64,000 nt of DNA from an uncultured Gemmatimonadota bacterium. GTDB taxonomy: Bacteria > Blakebacterota > Blakebacteria > Blakebacterales > Blakebacteraceae. Made by a program: the position numbers and the translations under genes. Where the stretch lies: positions 62,001-126,000 of the forward strand of contig CAZNUA010000001.1 of assembly GCA_964576115.1 (NCBI GenBank), read 5' to 3'. Shown one piece after another: positions 1 through 10,176 of the stretch. The notes under the pieces are model-generated. The model was not told the origin of the DNA and searched no databases. It saw only the letters and a program-made list of their open reading frames with translations. Numbering within the stretch: position 1 is the first letter of the stretch; each line of letters begins with the position of its first letter.

Positions 1-1313
1 AGGGTGCGCCACATGTCCACCCGATGGGCCCGCTCGACTCCGAGCCGCTGTTCCCGGTACTCCTGGTCGCCTGTAATATCGGGCTGCATCGAAGCGATCA
101 TCCCGAGTTCGGCAAAGCGGGCGGTGTCCTCCACGAGCATCACCGTGCCGTGCTCGACCCGGTGGCGCAGGCCCTTCACCCCATGGGCCTGCTGGGCACG
201 CTCGACCGCGTTCAGAACCCAGTGCACGGCCCGGTCGCCGATGGCGTGCACGCCGACCTGGATCCCGGCCGCGTGGAGGCGGTCAACCAGGGCGTAGAAC
301 TCCTCCTCGCTCATCTGGGCCAGGCCGCGGTTGCCCGGCTCTTCGGCGAAATCCTCGAAGAGAAAGGCAGTCCGCACCCCGATTGTGCCGTCGAGGAAGA
401 GCTTGAGCATGCCGGTGCGGATCATGTCATCGCCCTGATCGTGCCGTATGCCCCGTTCGATGCACTCGTCCACCTCCCACGACCCGAGCCAGCCGCAGAT
501 CCGCAGGGTGAGTTCGCCTGAATCGGCCATCTCGCGGTAGATGGCGCGTTGTTCGTCGTTCGCGGAGGTGCCGGCACAGGTCACGCCGACCCGGCGGGCG
601 TAGGCGACCGCCTCCTCGATGAAATCGCGTGTAGTCCAGGGCATCGGCACGCGCAGCAGGCTCGCGGCGGCTTCTTTGAGGATGCCGGTCGGCTCCCCCG
701 TGGCGGGGTCGAGTACGATCTCGCCGCCGTAGGGCACCTCACTCTCAGCGGTGATCCCGGAGATTTCGAGGGCTTTCGAATTGACCCAGACGGCATGCCC
801 GCCGCTGCGCTGGATAACCACCGGATTGTCGGGCGAGACCGGATCGAGCAGCTCCCTGGTCGGCCAGCCCAGGCCTTCGAAGAGATCGGTGCTCGGGAAG
901 GAGGCGGTGGCATACACTGCCTGTCCGGCCTGAATCCGGGCGATCTCTTCGGTCAACCGGGCGCGGATCGTCTCGGCCGTACCGCCCCGCAGGTCGATCT
1001 GGTTACGGGAATACCCGCCGGAGGGCAGGTGGCAGTGGGCATCGATGAAACCGGGCAGGACCAGGCGACCGCCGGCATCGAGGACGTCGGTCCGGCGGTT
1101 GATGTACCGCCTGACCTCCCGTTCGGTGCCCACGGCGATGATCCTTCCCCCGGCCACCGCGATCGCTTCGGCCCGAGGATGGGCTTCGTCGACGGTCCAG
1201 ATGTTGGCGTTGACGACAGCGAATTCGGCCCGCTGGGGCTGGGCTGAAGCCCCGGCCGGCGGTAGACACGCCAGGGCGCAGAGCGAGAAAAGCAGAAGCC
1301 GGTATCGACGCAT
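1..1313 (-). CDS. Secreted amidohydrolase (YtcJ / amidohydro_3 family), 3' end runs off the window
   Basis: Absent from the ORF track. Manual translation from ATG 1313 gives signal peptide MRRYRLLLFSLCALACL, then VVNANIWTVD, LVLPGFIDAHCH (HxH), GHAVWVNSKAL, KLFLDG, VHAIGDRA, RHRVEHG and ASMQP; no stop seen before position 1. Confidence 0.9.
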   Translation of the reverse strand, partial: MRRYRLLLFSLCALACLPPAGASAQPQRAEFAVVNANIWTVDEAHPRAEAIAVAGGRIIAVGTEREVRRYINRRTDVLDAGGRLVLPGFIDAHCHLPSGGYSRNQIDLRGGTAETIRARLTEEIARIQAGQAVYATASFPSTDLFEGLGWPTRELLDPVSPDNPVVIQRSGGHAVWVNSKALEISGITAESEVPYGGEIVLDPATGEPTGILKEAAASLLRVPMPWTTRDFIEEAVAYARRVGVTCAGTSANDEQRAIYREMADSGELTLRICGWLGSWEVDECIERGIRHDQGDDMIRTGMLKLFLDGTIGVRTAFLFEDFAEEPGNRGLAQMSEEEFYALVDRLHAAGIQVGVHAIGDRAVHWVLNAVERAQQAHGVKGLRHRVEHGTVMLVEDTARFAELGMIASMQPDITGDQEYREQRLGVERAHRVDMWRT

Positions 1314-1315
1314 CC

Positions 1316-2440
1316 CTACCGGCCCCGGCGCAGGTGGACGGTGCCGTTGGTGGTGCGGATCCGGATCAGGTGCTCGCCCCCGCCGGTGGCGAGTCGGCCG
1401 AAACGGATCTTGCGGGGGGTACCCTGAGAGTCGTCCCATTCTTCGCTCTCGCTCATCTCTATGCCGATATCGTCGATGATCCGGGCATCCCGTTCATGGC
1501 CGCGGGTGAAGGCGGCTTCGATCTCGACCCGCATCGAGAGCCCGTCGGGCACCGTCAGCCAGACATCGCCGTAGCCCGTGAGCAGGGTAACACCCCGCTC
1601 GCCCTCGGCCGGATCGCCGACCATCGTCACCCGGATGTCACCGGCACCGGTCGTAGCTTCGACCCGGCCGTCGATCGAGTTGATCCGTATGTCGCCTCCT
1701 CCGGTGTGAGCCTCCGCGTACGAGCCGGCCGAACCGATCCAGATGTCGCCCCCGCCGGTACGCACATCGGCCCCGGCCGGGGCCTCGTCGACATCGATCG
1801 AGCCGCCGGCGTTGCGGATGTAGACGGCATCGGCGGGATAGATCCGGTGCGGAGTCCGGACGTTCACGAAGCGAACCTCACCCCCACCCGAATGGGCCTC
1901 GATGTCACCGGTCACGTTCTCGACCAGGACCGGCCCGCCGCCGGTCCGCACGTATCCGTCCAGTTCGCTGTCGCGCAGGGTGATCCGGCCCCCGGCCGTG
2001 CGCAGTGCGATCCTGCCGTGCAGGTCGCTCAGGGTGAGTTCACCGCCGGCGGTGCGGCCGCGGATATCGCCCTCGATCCCCGCCAGGGTGATGCCTCCGC
2101 CGTTGGTATTGAGATCGAGATTGATCTGCTGCGGCAGTCTGATCTCGACCTCGATGTCGACCTTGCGGACAGGCCGGAGCCTCCGCGAGGAGACAATCAG
2201 GGCCTGCCCCTGCTCCTCGAAGGTGAAATCGAAGGCATCGGGATCGGTGTCATGAAACCGGACCGTGACGGCCGCCAGGTTCCCACTGCCACCACGGATG
2301 TCGATCTCGCCGGCGCCGCGCAGGTCGACCTCCAGCCGGGTGATACCTTCAACCTCGAACTGCCGCTCGATTGTCTCCTGACCCTGCAGCGGCAGAGCCA
2401 GCAGCAGGAGGGGAAGGATTGCACACAGGTATCGCATCAT
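1316..2440 (-). CDS. Secreted DUF4097-like beta-strand repeat (putative adhesin) protein
   Basis: Signal peptide MMRYLCAILPLLLLALPLQG and repeated TxGGxIxL/V units. Start moved from 2506 to ATG 2440. Confidence 0.8.
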   Translation of the reverse strand: MMRYLCAILPLLLLALPLQGQETIERQFEVEGITRLEVDLRGAGEIDIRGGSGNLAAVTVRFHDTDPDAFDFTFEEQGQALIVSSRRLRPVRKVDIEVEIRLPQQINLDLNTNGGGITLAGIEGDIRGRTAGGELTLSDLHGRIALRTAGGRITLRDSELDGYVRTGGGPVLVENVTGDIEAHSGGGEVRFVNVRTPHRIYPADAVYIRNAGGSIDVDEAPAGADVRTGGGDIWIGSAGSYAEAHTGGGDIRINSIDGRVEATTGAGDIRVTMVGDPAEGERGVTLLTGYGDVWLTVPDGLSMRVEIEAAFTRGHERDARIIDDIGIEMSESEEWDDSQGTPRKIRFGRLATGGGEHLIRIRTTNGTVHLRRGR

Positions 2441-2502
2441 TTTCTCCGTTTCCCGTGGACCGGGGCACCCCTGCCGGCCGGGACCTGCTCTTGATCCGGC
2501 CC

Positions 2503-3345
2503 TCACTTACGCTTGATCGTGATCCGCATCTCCATATCCATGGGGATGTCCATGCCCTGAGCGGAGATGCCGCCGCCCATCTTGATTACACCCTCGGACT
2601 CGAGGAGCATGCCGGTCATGGCGTCGATGATGGCGGTTCCCTCGCTCGATCCGGCCATGGCCAGATCCATGATGGCACCCATCACCTCGCCACCGCCCGA
2701 CATGGCATTCTGAGTGGTCGAGGCGATCTTCAAAGCCGGTACCCCCTCGTAGGTCAGCGCTTCGGTGCAGACGTAGGCATCCTGGTTCGAGAAATCGAGC
2801 CCGATCCCTATGATGTTGAAGGGGTAGGTGTACTCCCGGTTCCATTCCTGCCCGACCTCGAGGGTTCCTTCAACCGGCAGGTACTGGAAGAGAACCTGCA
2901 GCGACTGCTCGGCAAAAGCATCGGCACCCATGAAATCGACATACGGGTTACCCTCGAAACCGCTGTTCTCGACGATCAATCCCTGCTCGTCGAGAGTGAC
3001 CGTCCCTGAGGATCCGATCAGGTCGGTTGCTTCGGGAACCATACCCATGGACATATCGGTCGGTGCATCGGATGTGACATCGACCACGCTTACCTCGAAA
3101 GTGCGCGGACCGGCGGCGGCGACCTCGAAGGTCATCGAGCTGGTCGAGGGCATCGACTGGTCACCCTGGCCGGGGACCGAGATCATCATGGTCTGGTTGG
3201 TCACCATCTCGTATGTGACAGTTGTGCCGGAAGGCCAGCTGTGGAATGCTGCACGGCTGCCTGCCATCCCGCCGGCGCAGGCTGTGACGAGCAGCAGGGC
3301 GGCGGAGAGCAGTCCCAGAGTACCAAGGCGTGTCTTGCGCTTCAT
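2503..3345 (-). CDS. Hypothetical lipoprotein, beta-rich (DUF6263-like)
   Basis: Lipobox LVTAC, RBS GGGGAGGA, alternating beta-strand pattern. Confidence 0.7.
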   Translation of the reverse strand: MKRKTRLGTLGLLSAALLLVTACAGGMAGSRAAFHSWPSGTTVTYEMVTNQTMMISVPGQGDQSMPSTSSMTFEVAAAGPRTFEVSVVDVTSDAPTDMSMGMVPEATDLIGSSGTVTLDEQGLIVENSGFEGNPYVDFMGADAFAEQSLQVLFQYLPVEGTLEVGQEWNREYTYPFNIIGIGLDFSNQDAYVCTEALTYEGVPALKIASTTQNAMSGGGEVMGAIMDLAMAGSSEGTAIIDAMTGMLLESEGVIKMGGGISAQGMDIPMDMEMRITIKRK

Positions 3346-3625
3346 GTCATCCTCCCCATCAGGTCAGAGAACAAACGGCTGACGTCGGTTGAGCTTCTCA
3401 CAGTATATCCGGATCAGCCTGCGCACGCACGCTCCCCGGACGGGCCGCTTCCCGGGCACTTCTCCCGAGAGGACTCGGGCTCTCTCCTCTCGTGAAGAAC
3501 TGTGATATATGAGAAGCTTATGTGTCAGGGTATACGTCGATTCCCCGCCCGGGTTTCACACCGACTGGATTCAAAATGTCGGACGATTCCGGTTGTGACC
3601 GAATCTGCGTAACGGTCGCTGACGT

Positions 3626-5128
3626 TCAGAACCCGGGCGGCGGTCCCGGCGGAACCGGTGGCTCCTGGCCGGGCGGGAGGGGACTGACGTACGGATTATC
3701 GGCTGTCTTACGCTCGAATTCAGCCCGGGCCGCGTCCACGATACCGGGCGAAACCATCAGTTCGACCGCCGCCGCGCCGAGCACCCTGGCCGCCATCAGC
3801 ATCCCCTTGTGGCCGATACTCATCCCCGAACAAACCACTATCGGCCAGGAGTGACCGGGTGAGCCGATCGGCCAGCAGGAGGTGTTGATCTTGCCGGTCG
3901 GGGTCAGCCGGCTGACCTCGGCCACGTCGGTCGAACCGCCTCCGGCCGGCTGCTCTTCGGCCGGCATGTCGCGGATATCGGTCGCCAGGCCCACTTCCGG
4001 TCGCCCGAGAGAGTTCTGGATGGCGCGGGCGAAGACCTGTTCCTCTTCGGTCCACTCCACCGGCCCGATCTCGTGCAGGATCTCATCGAGCATCTCTGAG
4101 AGCGGCCGGTTCAGCAGATAGGAGTGCACCCCGGTCGTCAGGGTCACCTGGTGGGTTGTCTCGGTGGCCAGAGCGGCGGCTTCGGCGCATTTGAGGACCC
4201 AGGCGTAGGTCTTCTCGACCCCGTCGCGCTCCATGTCGCGCACGTAGTACCAGACCTTGGCGTACCCCGGCACAACGTTCGGCGCTCCTCCCCCGTCGGC
4301 GATGACATAGTGGATACGGGTCGTGGTCGGCACGTGCTCGCGCAGCATATTCACGGCGTGGTTCATCAGTTCGACCGCATCGAGTGCGCTGCGGCCGTTC
4401 CAGGGATCCCCCGCCCCGTGAGCGGTCTGACCGAAGAACTCGACCGTGAAGTTGTTCAGGGCCCGGCTGCTCGAGAACCCGACCGCGTTGCCGCTCCCCG
4501 GATGCCAGTCCAGACAGCAGTCGAGGCCGTCGAAAACGCCGTCCCGGGCCATGTAGACCTTCCCGACCACGGTCTCCTCGGCCGGGCAGCCGAAGAGCCG
4601 GATCGTGCCCTCGAGACCGCGCGCCTCCATGACCTCCTTGGCCGCCACGGCCGCCCCCACACTGCCTGCTCCGAAAATGTTGTGCCCGCACCCGTGCCCC
4701 GGTTCCCCCTCGTTCAGGGGTGTTTTTTCGGTCGCAACCTGGTAGCTCAGGCCAGGCAGGGCGTCGAACTCGGCCAGGATACCGACCACCGGCCGCCCCA
4801 CTCCCCATTCGGCCACGAAAGCGGTCGGCATGCCGGCCACTCCCCGTTCGACATGGAAGCCCTGGCCTTCGAGATAAACCGCCAGCTCCTCGGAGGAGCG
4901 GTATTCGGTCAGGGCCGTTTCGGCGTAGTGCCAGATAGCGTCGCCCAGGGCGATCAGTTCCCCGGCGTGCCGGTCGACAGCGTCCCAGGCCTCTTGATGC
5001 AATCGCGTCACCCGCTGAGCCTCGGCGGTAGACGGCATCAGCAGACCGGCCGCCAGTGAGGCCGCAAGGATCAGAAAAAAACCGGCAGGAAAAAAACGCG
5101 TGTGCGGAAGACGGTTGTGCGCTGACAT
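3626..5128 (-). CDS. M20 family amidohydrolase (AbgB-like), probably exported
   Basis: EFDALPGL, GHGCGHN, GCPAEE, DWHP, GRSALDAVELM and GGSTDV motifs; N-terminal signal sequence. Confidence 0.9.
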   Translation of the reverse strand: MSAHNRLPHTRFFPAGFFLILAASLAAGLLMPSTAEAQRVTRLHQEAWDAVDRHAGELIALGDAIWHYAETALTEYRSSEELAVYLEGQGFHVERGVAGMPTAFVAEWGVGRPVVGILAEFDALPGLSYQVATEKTPLNEGEPGHGCGHNIFGAGSVGAAVAAKEVMEARGLEGTIRLFGCPAEETVVGKVYMARDGVFDGLDCCLDWHPGSGNAVGFSSSRALNNFTVEFFGQTAHGAGDPWNGRSALDAVELMNHAVNMLREHVPTTTRIHYVIADGGGAPNVVPGYAKVWYYVRDMERDGVEKTYAWVLKCAEAAALATETTHQVTLTTGVHSYLLNRPLSEMLDEILHEIGPVEWTEEEQVFARAIQNSLGRPEVGLATDIRDMPAEEQPAGGGSTDVAEVSRLTPTGKINTSCWPIGSPGHSWPIVVCSGMSIGHKGMLMAARVLGAAAVELMVSPGIVDAARAEFERKTADNPYVSPLPPGQEPPVPPGPPPGF

Positions 5129-5381
5129 GAGGTGCGCTCCTTGGATGTCATTGGATCCACAGGGAATCGGTGCCCGGCTCGGCTCCGGACCGGCCGACGG
5201 CTTCCCCCACCCCGCACAGTAGCAGGAGACCGGAAAGCGTGCCAGTGCCGACTAGGCATAGCGGCGGCTATGGCGAGGAGGCACAACGCCGCCGGTCGGG
5301 ATGCGGGGTCGCTTGAATGCGACATTCGTTGCGTGACAGGACACTAGGTCAGATCCGGGGACCGGCCTATATTGAACCGTC

Positions 5382-5759
5382 ATGCACGAACTGCCGATCA
5401 CCCAGAGCATTCTCGACCTGGCCCTGAAGCACGCCGCCGAGGCCGGCGGCGGGCATATCACCGATCTCTATCTGGTGGTGGGTCAGCTCTCGGGGGTCGT
5501 GGACGCCTCGGTGCAGTTCTACTGGGACATACTGACCGAGGACACCCCGGCCGAGGGGTCGCAGCTGCATTTCCGCCACACCGTCATGGAGATGGAGTGC
5601 CGCGAATGCGGGACGACCTTTATACCGGAAGAGCCGGTTTTCATCTGCACTGCCTGCGGGAGCCCTTCGGTCAAGGTCATCGCCGGTGACGAGTTCCGAC
5701 TCGAGGCGATCGACCTGAAACCGACCGACGGCTCGGGCGAGTTGGAGAGCGACCGATGA
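5382..5759 (+). CDS. hypA: Hydrogenase nickel metallochaperone HypA
   Basis: N-terminal MHE and two CxxC motifs. Confidence 0.97.
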   Translation: MHELPITQSILDLALKHAAEAGGGHITDLYLVVGQLSGVVDASVQFYWDILTEDTPAEGSQLHFRHTVMEMECRECGTTFIPEEPVFICTACGSPSVKVIAGDEFRLEAIDLKPTDGSGELESDR

Positions 5760-6412
5760 GCGAGCGGATACCTGTTCAGGAAAAGATCACCAGCCAGAAC
5801 GATATCATCGCGGCCGAAAACCGCGCCCGGATCGATGCCGCCGGCATTTTCTCGATCAACCTCATGGCTTCACCGGGGGCGGGCAAGACGTCGCTGATCG
5901 AGCAGACCGTACCGCGCCTGAACGACCGTTTCCGGATCGGCGTGATCGACGGCGACCTGGCCACCAGTTTCGACGCTGACCGGGCCGCCCGGGCCGGTGC
6001 GGTGAGTGTGCAGATCAACTCCGCTTCGTGCCACCTCGACGCCCCGATGGTCAGCCAGGGCCTCGACCGGCTCGATCTCGAAGCCCTCGATTTCCTGATC
6101 GTCGAGAACGTCGGCAATCTGGTCTGCCCGGCGGGCTGGCAGCTCGGCACGCACGCCAGCGCCCTGGTAGCCTCGATCCCCGAGGGGGACGACAAGCCCT
6201 TCAAGTACCCGGGGATGTACCGCGGAGTGGATGTGCTGGTCATCAACAAGATCGATCTCATCCCCTACCTCGCCTTCGACATGGACCGCTTCCGACAGGG
6301 AGTCGAAGCCCTGAACGAGGGGGTGGCCACCTTCCCGCTCTCCTGCACCACCGGCGAGGGGATCGAACCCTGGCTGGAGTGGGTGATGAACCGGATCGCC
6401 GGCCGGAGCTGA
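5756..6412 (+). CDS. hypB: Hydrogenase nickel incorporation GTPase HypB
   Basis: SPGAGKT, CHLDA, ENVGNLVCP, EGDDKP and NKID motifs. Confidence 0.97.
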   Translation: MSERIPVQEKITSQNDIIAAENRARIDAAGIFSINLMASPGAGKTSLIEQTVPRLNDRFRIGVIDGDLATSFDADRAARAGAVSVQINSASCHLDAPMVSQGLDRLDLEALDFLIVENVGNLVCPAGWQLGTHASALVASIPEGDDKPFKYPGMYRGVDVLVINKIDLIPYLAFDMDRFRQGVEALNEGVATFPLSCTTGEGIEPWLEWVMNRIAGRS

Positions 6413-6426
6413 ACCGGGAAGGCCCT

Positions 6427-8790
6427 GTGGACGGCCGTCGTATTCACATCACCGGGATCGTGCAGGGGGTCGGTTTCCGCCCCTACGTGCACCTGCTGGC
6501 CGAACGGCTCGGTCTGACGGGGTGGATCCGCAACTCTTCGTCGGGGGTCGAGATCGAGATCGAAGGTCCACCTGCGGCCCTGACCGCTTTCGAACAGGAC
6601 CTGCGCGGCGGCGGCCCGCCGCGGGCGCATATCGAGCAGATGACGGTCGAGAGCGCCGGCCCGTGGGGGCACGAGGGTTTCGAGATCGTCGAGTCACGGG
6701 CCGAGGCGGGGGAGTACCTGCCCGTCTCGCCCGACATCGGGATCTGCGCCGACTGCCGGCGCGAAATGAGCGACCCGGACGACCGGCGCTTCCGCTACCC
6801 CTTCATCAACTGCACCAACTGCGGCCCCCGCTTCACCATCATCCGCGACATTCCCTACGACCGGCCGCAAACCACCATGGCCGGATTCGCACTGTGCCCC
6901 GACTGTGCGGCCGAGTACGGCGAACCGCGCGACCGTCGCTACCACGCCCAGCCGGTGGCCTGCCCGGTCTGCGGGCCACAGGTCCGGCTCGAACGGGGAG
7001 GTACCGGCGAGGGAGACGTCGGAGAACGGCTGGCCGAACGCGAGACGGCTATCGCTCGAACGCGGGCCCTGCTCGCTGCGGGAGGGATCGCGGCCGTCAA
7101 GGGTCTGGGGGGCTTTCACCTGGCCTGCGACGCCACCTCGGCAGAGGCGGTGGCCGAACTGCGGCGGCGCAAGCAGCGCGACGACAAACCCTTCGCCCTG
7201 ATGGCCGCCGATCTGGCTACGATCGAGAAATATGTCGAGGTCAGCGCCGAGGACCGGGCTCTGCTCGAAAGTCCCGAGAATCCGATCGTGCTCATGCCGC
7301 GACGCCCGGAAGAGCAGGCGGGGGTCGACACAGGGACCGACTCCCCTCCGCTGGCCCCCGACGTAGCTCCCGGACTGAACCGGCTGGGGTTCATGCTTCC
7401 CTACACCCCCCTGCACCACCTCCTGCTCGAACCCGAACCGGGCTACCCGCCGGTGCTGGTCATGACCAGCGGGAACCTGAGCGACGAACCGATCGCTTAC
7501 GACGACGAGGACGCGCGCTCGCGGCTGGCCGATTATGCCGACGCCTTCCTGATGCACGACCGCCCGATCCACATGCGCTGCGACGACTCGGTTGTGGCCG
7601 ATTTCCGGGGCGGCCCCTGTTTTTTCCGCCGCTCCCGGGGGTATGCCCCCTTCCCCATCCTGCTGCCCGTCGCCACCCCACACCTGCTGGCTACCGGAGG
7701 GGAGTACAAAAACACCTTCTGCTGCGTGCGCGACGAGCGCGCCTTCGTGAGCCACTTCATCGGCGAGATGGCTTCCCTGGAAGCCAACCGCTCCTTCGGC
7801 CGGGCGGTGGCCCACTACGAGAAACTGTTCCGCATCGAGCCCGAACTCATCGTCCACGACGCCCACCCCGACTATCAGGCCACCCGGTACGCCGAATGGC
7901 GGGCGCAGGACCAGGGGTTGAAGACCCTCTCCGTCCAGCATCATCACGCCCACATCGCCTCGGTCATGGCCGACAACGCCCTTGGGCTCGAACGGCGGGT
8001 CATCGGGGTCGCCTTCGACGGTACCGGCTACGGGACCGATACCGCCATCTGGGGGGGGGAGTTTCTCATCGCCGGCTACGACACCTTCGTGCGGGCCTTT
8101 CACCTCGTCTATACCCCCCTGCCCGGAGGCGATGCCGCCATCCTCAATCCCTGCCGGGTAGCCCTGGGCTGGCTGCGTCAGGCCGGGCTCGAGTGGTCGG
8201 AGGATTTCGAGCCGGTCCGCAACACCGATGAGGAGGAACGGAACGTGCTGGCGGCGATGTTCGAAAACAACATCAACACTCTGCCCACCTCGAGCATGGG
8301 GCGGCTCTTCGACGCCGCCGCGTCCCTGGCCGGAGTACGCCAGAGGATCGCGTACGAGGCCCAGGCGGCGTGCGAGTTCGAAGCCCTGGCCGATAGGGAT
8401 GCCGAAGGCGCGTACCGTTTCGCGATTCATTCCGGTTCGACGCCCACGGCCCGTTTCGGGCTCATCGATCCGACCGGGGCAATCGCCGAACTGGCGGCCG
8501 ACGCCCGGGCAGGCACCGGGCCCGGCACGATGGCCATGCGCTTTCACCGCGGCATCGCCGCCATGGTGGTCGAGGTCTGCGGCATCCTGCGCTCCGAAAC
8601 CGGTCTGGAAGAGGTCGCCCTGAGCGGCGGTGTGTGGCAGAATATGTTGCTTCTCGAGCTCACAGTCGCCTTACTCGAAGAGAGGGGTTTCACCATCCGG
8701 GTCCACCGCCGGGTGCCGGCCAACGACGGGGGCCTCTCGCTCGGACAGGCTGCGGCCGCGGCGGCTCTGCTGGCCGCCCGCACGGGATGA
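6427..8790 (+). CDS. hypF: Carbamoyltransferase HypF
   Basis: GIVQGVGFRP acylphosphatase domain, zinc fingers, QHHHAH, DGTGYG and NDGGLSLGQ. Start set at GTG 6427, just after the hypB stop. Confidence 0.96.
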   Translation: MDGRRIHITGIVQGVGFRPYVHLLAERLGLTGWIRNSSSGVEIEIEGPPAALTAFEQDLRGGGPPRAHIEQMTVESAGPWGHEGFEIVESRAEAGEYLPVSPDIGICADCRREMSDPDDRRFRYPFINCTNCGPRFTIIRDIPYDRPQTTMAGFALCPDCAAEYGEPRDRRYHAQPVACPVCGPQVRLERGGTGEGDVGERLAERETAIARTRALLAAGGIAAVKGLGGFHLACDATSAEAVAELRRRKQRDDKPFALMAADLATIEKYVEVSAEDRALLESPENPIVLMPRRPEEQAGVDTGTDSPPLAPDVAPGLNRLGFMLPYTPLHHLLLEPEPGYPPVLVMTSGNLSDEPIAYDDEDARSRLADYADAFLMHDRPIHMRCDDSVVADFRGGPCFFRRSRGYAPFPILLPVATPHLLATGGEYKNTFCCVRDERAFVSHFIGEMASLEANRSFGRAVAHYEKLFRIEPELIVHDAHPDYQATRYAEWRAQDQGLKTLSVQHHHAHIASVMADNALGLERRVIGVAFDGTGYGTDTAIWGGEFLIAGYDTFVRAFHLVYTPLPGGDAAILNPCRVALGWLRQAGLEWSEDFEPVRNTDEEERNVLAAMFENNINTLPTSSMGRLFDAAASLAGVRQRIAYEAQAACEFEALADRDAEGAYRFAIHSGSTPTARFGLIDPTGAIAELAADARAGTGPGTMAMRFHRGIAAMVVEVCGILRSETGLEEVALSGGVWQNMLLLELTVALLEERGFTIRVHRRVPANDGGLSLGQAAAAAALLAARTG

Positions 8791-8820
8791 GATGACCGGC
8801 AGGCAGGAAGGGTAACGACG

Positions 8821-9084
8821 ATGTGTCTGGGGATACCGGGGAAGATCGTTGAGACCTGGGAGAAAGACGGTCTCAAGATGGGACGGGTGGATTTCGGGGG
8901 AGTGACCCGGGAGGTCTGCCTGGCATACGTACCCGAGGCCGAGGTGGACGACTATGCCATCATTCATGTCGGTTTCGCCATCAACCTGCTCGACGAGGAG
9001 GAGGCCCGCTCCACTCTGGAGATGCTCCACGAACTGGGTGAGGTGGAGAGCGAACTGGGCCTCGAATCGGCTTCTTCCCCATGA
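8821..9084 (+). CDS. hypC: Hydrogenase chaperone HypC
   Basis: MCLGIPG and HVGFA motifs. Confidence 0.97.
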   Translation: MCLGIPGKIVETWEKDGLKMGRVDFGGVTREVCLAYVPEAEVDDYAIIHVGFAINLLDEEEARSTLEMLHELGEVESELGLESASSP

Positions 9085-10166
9085 AATATCTCGACGAGTA
9101 CCGGGACGGCGATCTGGTACGCCGGGTTCTGGCCGAGATCGAGGTCGCGGTGACCCGTCCCTGGACGCTAATGGAGATCTGCGGCGGTCAGACCCACTCG
9201 ATCGTGCGCAGCGGACTCGATCGCCTGCTACCCGACGAGATCACCCTGGTCCACGGCCCCGGCTGTCCGGTCTGCATCACACCGCTGGAAAAGATCGACC
9301 GGGCCCTGGCGATCGCCTGCCGCAAGGATGTGATTTTCACCAGTTACGGCGACATGCTGCGCGTGCCCGGCTCCCGTTCCGATCTGTTCAGCGTGCGCGC
9401 GGCCGGAGGTGACGTGCGGGTGGTCTACTCCCCTCTCGACGCGCTCACCATCGCACGAGACAACCCGGATAAAGAGGTGGTCTTCTTCGCCATCGGGTTC
9501 GAGACTACCGCTCCCCCCAACGCCATGGCCGTGCTGCAGGCCGACCGCCTGGGTCTGGAGAACTTCTCGGTCATCGTTTCCCATGCCGCCGTGCCCCCGG
9601 CCATACGGGCCATTCTTTCCTGGCCCGAAAATCTGGTGCAGGGCTTCCTGGCCGCCGGGCATGTCTGCGCCGTCATGGGCTACTGGGAGTACGAACCGCT
9701 GGCCGCGGAATTCGGCATCCCCATCGTCGTGACCGGTTTCGAACCGCTCGACCTGGTCCGGGGGATCGCCGCCGCCGTCCACCAGCTCGAGGCAGGCCGC
9801 ACCGAAGTGGAGAACGCGTACGGCCGGGCCGTGAGCCGCGAAGGGAACCGCTCGGCTCAGGACCTGATCGCCCGGGTCTTCGAACCGTGCGACCGCACCT
9901 GGCGGGGGATTGGCGCCATCGCGCAGAGCGGCTTGACTCTGCGCTCCGAATTGGCCCGTTTCGATGCCGAAACGCGCTTCGACGTGGGCGAGATCGAGAC
10001 CGCCGAATCGGATATCTGCATCGCCGGCGAGATCCTGCAGGGCCGCAAGAAACCGGTCGACTGCCCCGCCTTCGGGACCGAATGCACCCCCGAGAACCCC
10101 CTGGGCGCCACCATGGTCTCCTCCGAAGGAGCCTGCGCCGCTTACTACAAGTACGGCCGGGAGTGA
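9081..10166 (+). CDS. hypD: Hydrogenase formation protein HypD
   Basis: [18 protein letters not shown] and MVSSEGAC motifs. Confidence 0.97.
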   Translation: MKYLDEYRDGDLVRRVLAEIEVAVTRPWTLMEICGGQTHSIVRSGLDRLLPDEITLVHGPGCPVCITPLEKIDRALAIACRKDVIFTSYGDMLRVPGSRSDLFSVRAAGGDVRVVYSPLDALTIARDNPDKEVVFFAIGFETTAPPNAMAVLQADRLGLENFSVIVSHAAVPPAIRAILSWPENLVQGFLAAGHVCAVMGYWEYEPLAAEFGIPIVVTGFEPLDLVRGIAAAVHQLEAGRTEVENAYGRAVSREGNRSAQDLIARVFEPCDRTWRGIGAIAQSGLTLRSELARFDAETRFDVGEIETAESDICIAGEILQGRKKPVDCPAFGTECTPENPLGATMVSSEGACAAYYKYGRE

Positions 10167-10176
10167 GGGCGCGCCG

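Noticed and set aside
1600-2110. Repetitive GGCGG-rich DNA
   Set aside because: Explained by the TxGG protein repeats of the DUF4097-like gene.
6694-8547. Long antisense or alternate-frame ORFs (also 32654..34930, 52387..54291, 58476..60923, 24..1247)
   Set aside because: They are shadows of well-supported genes in high-GC DNA and carry no recognisable motifs.
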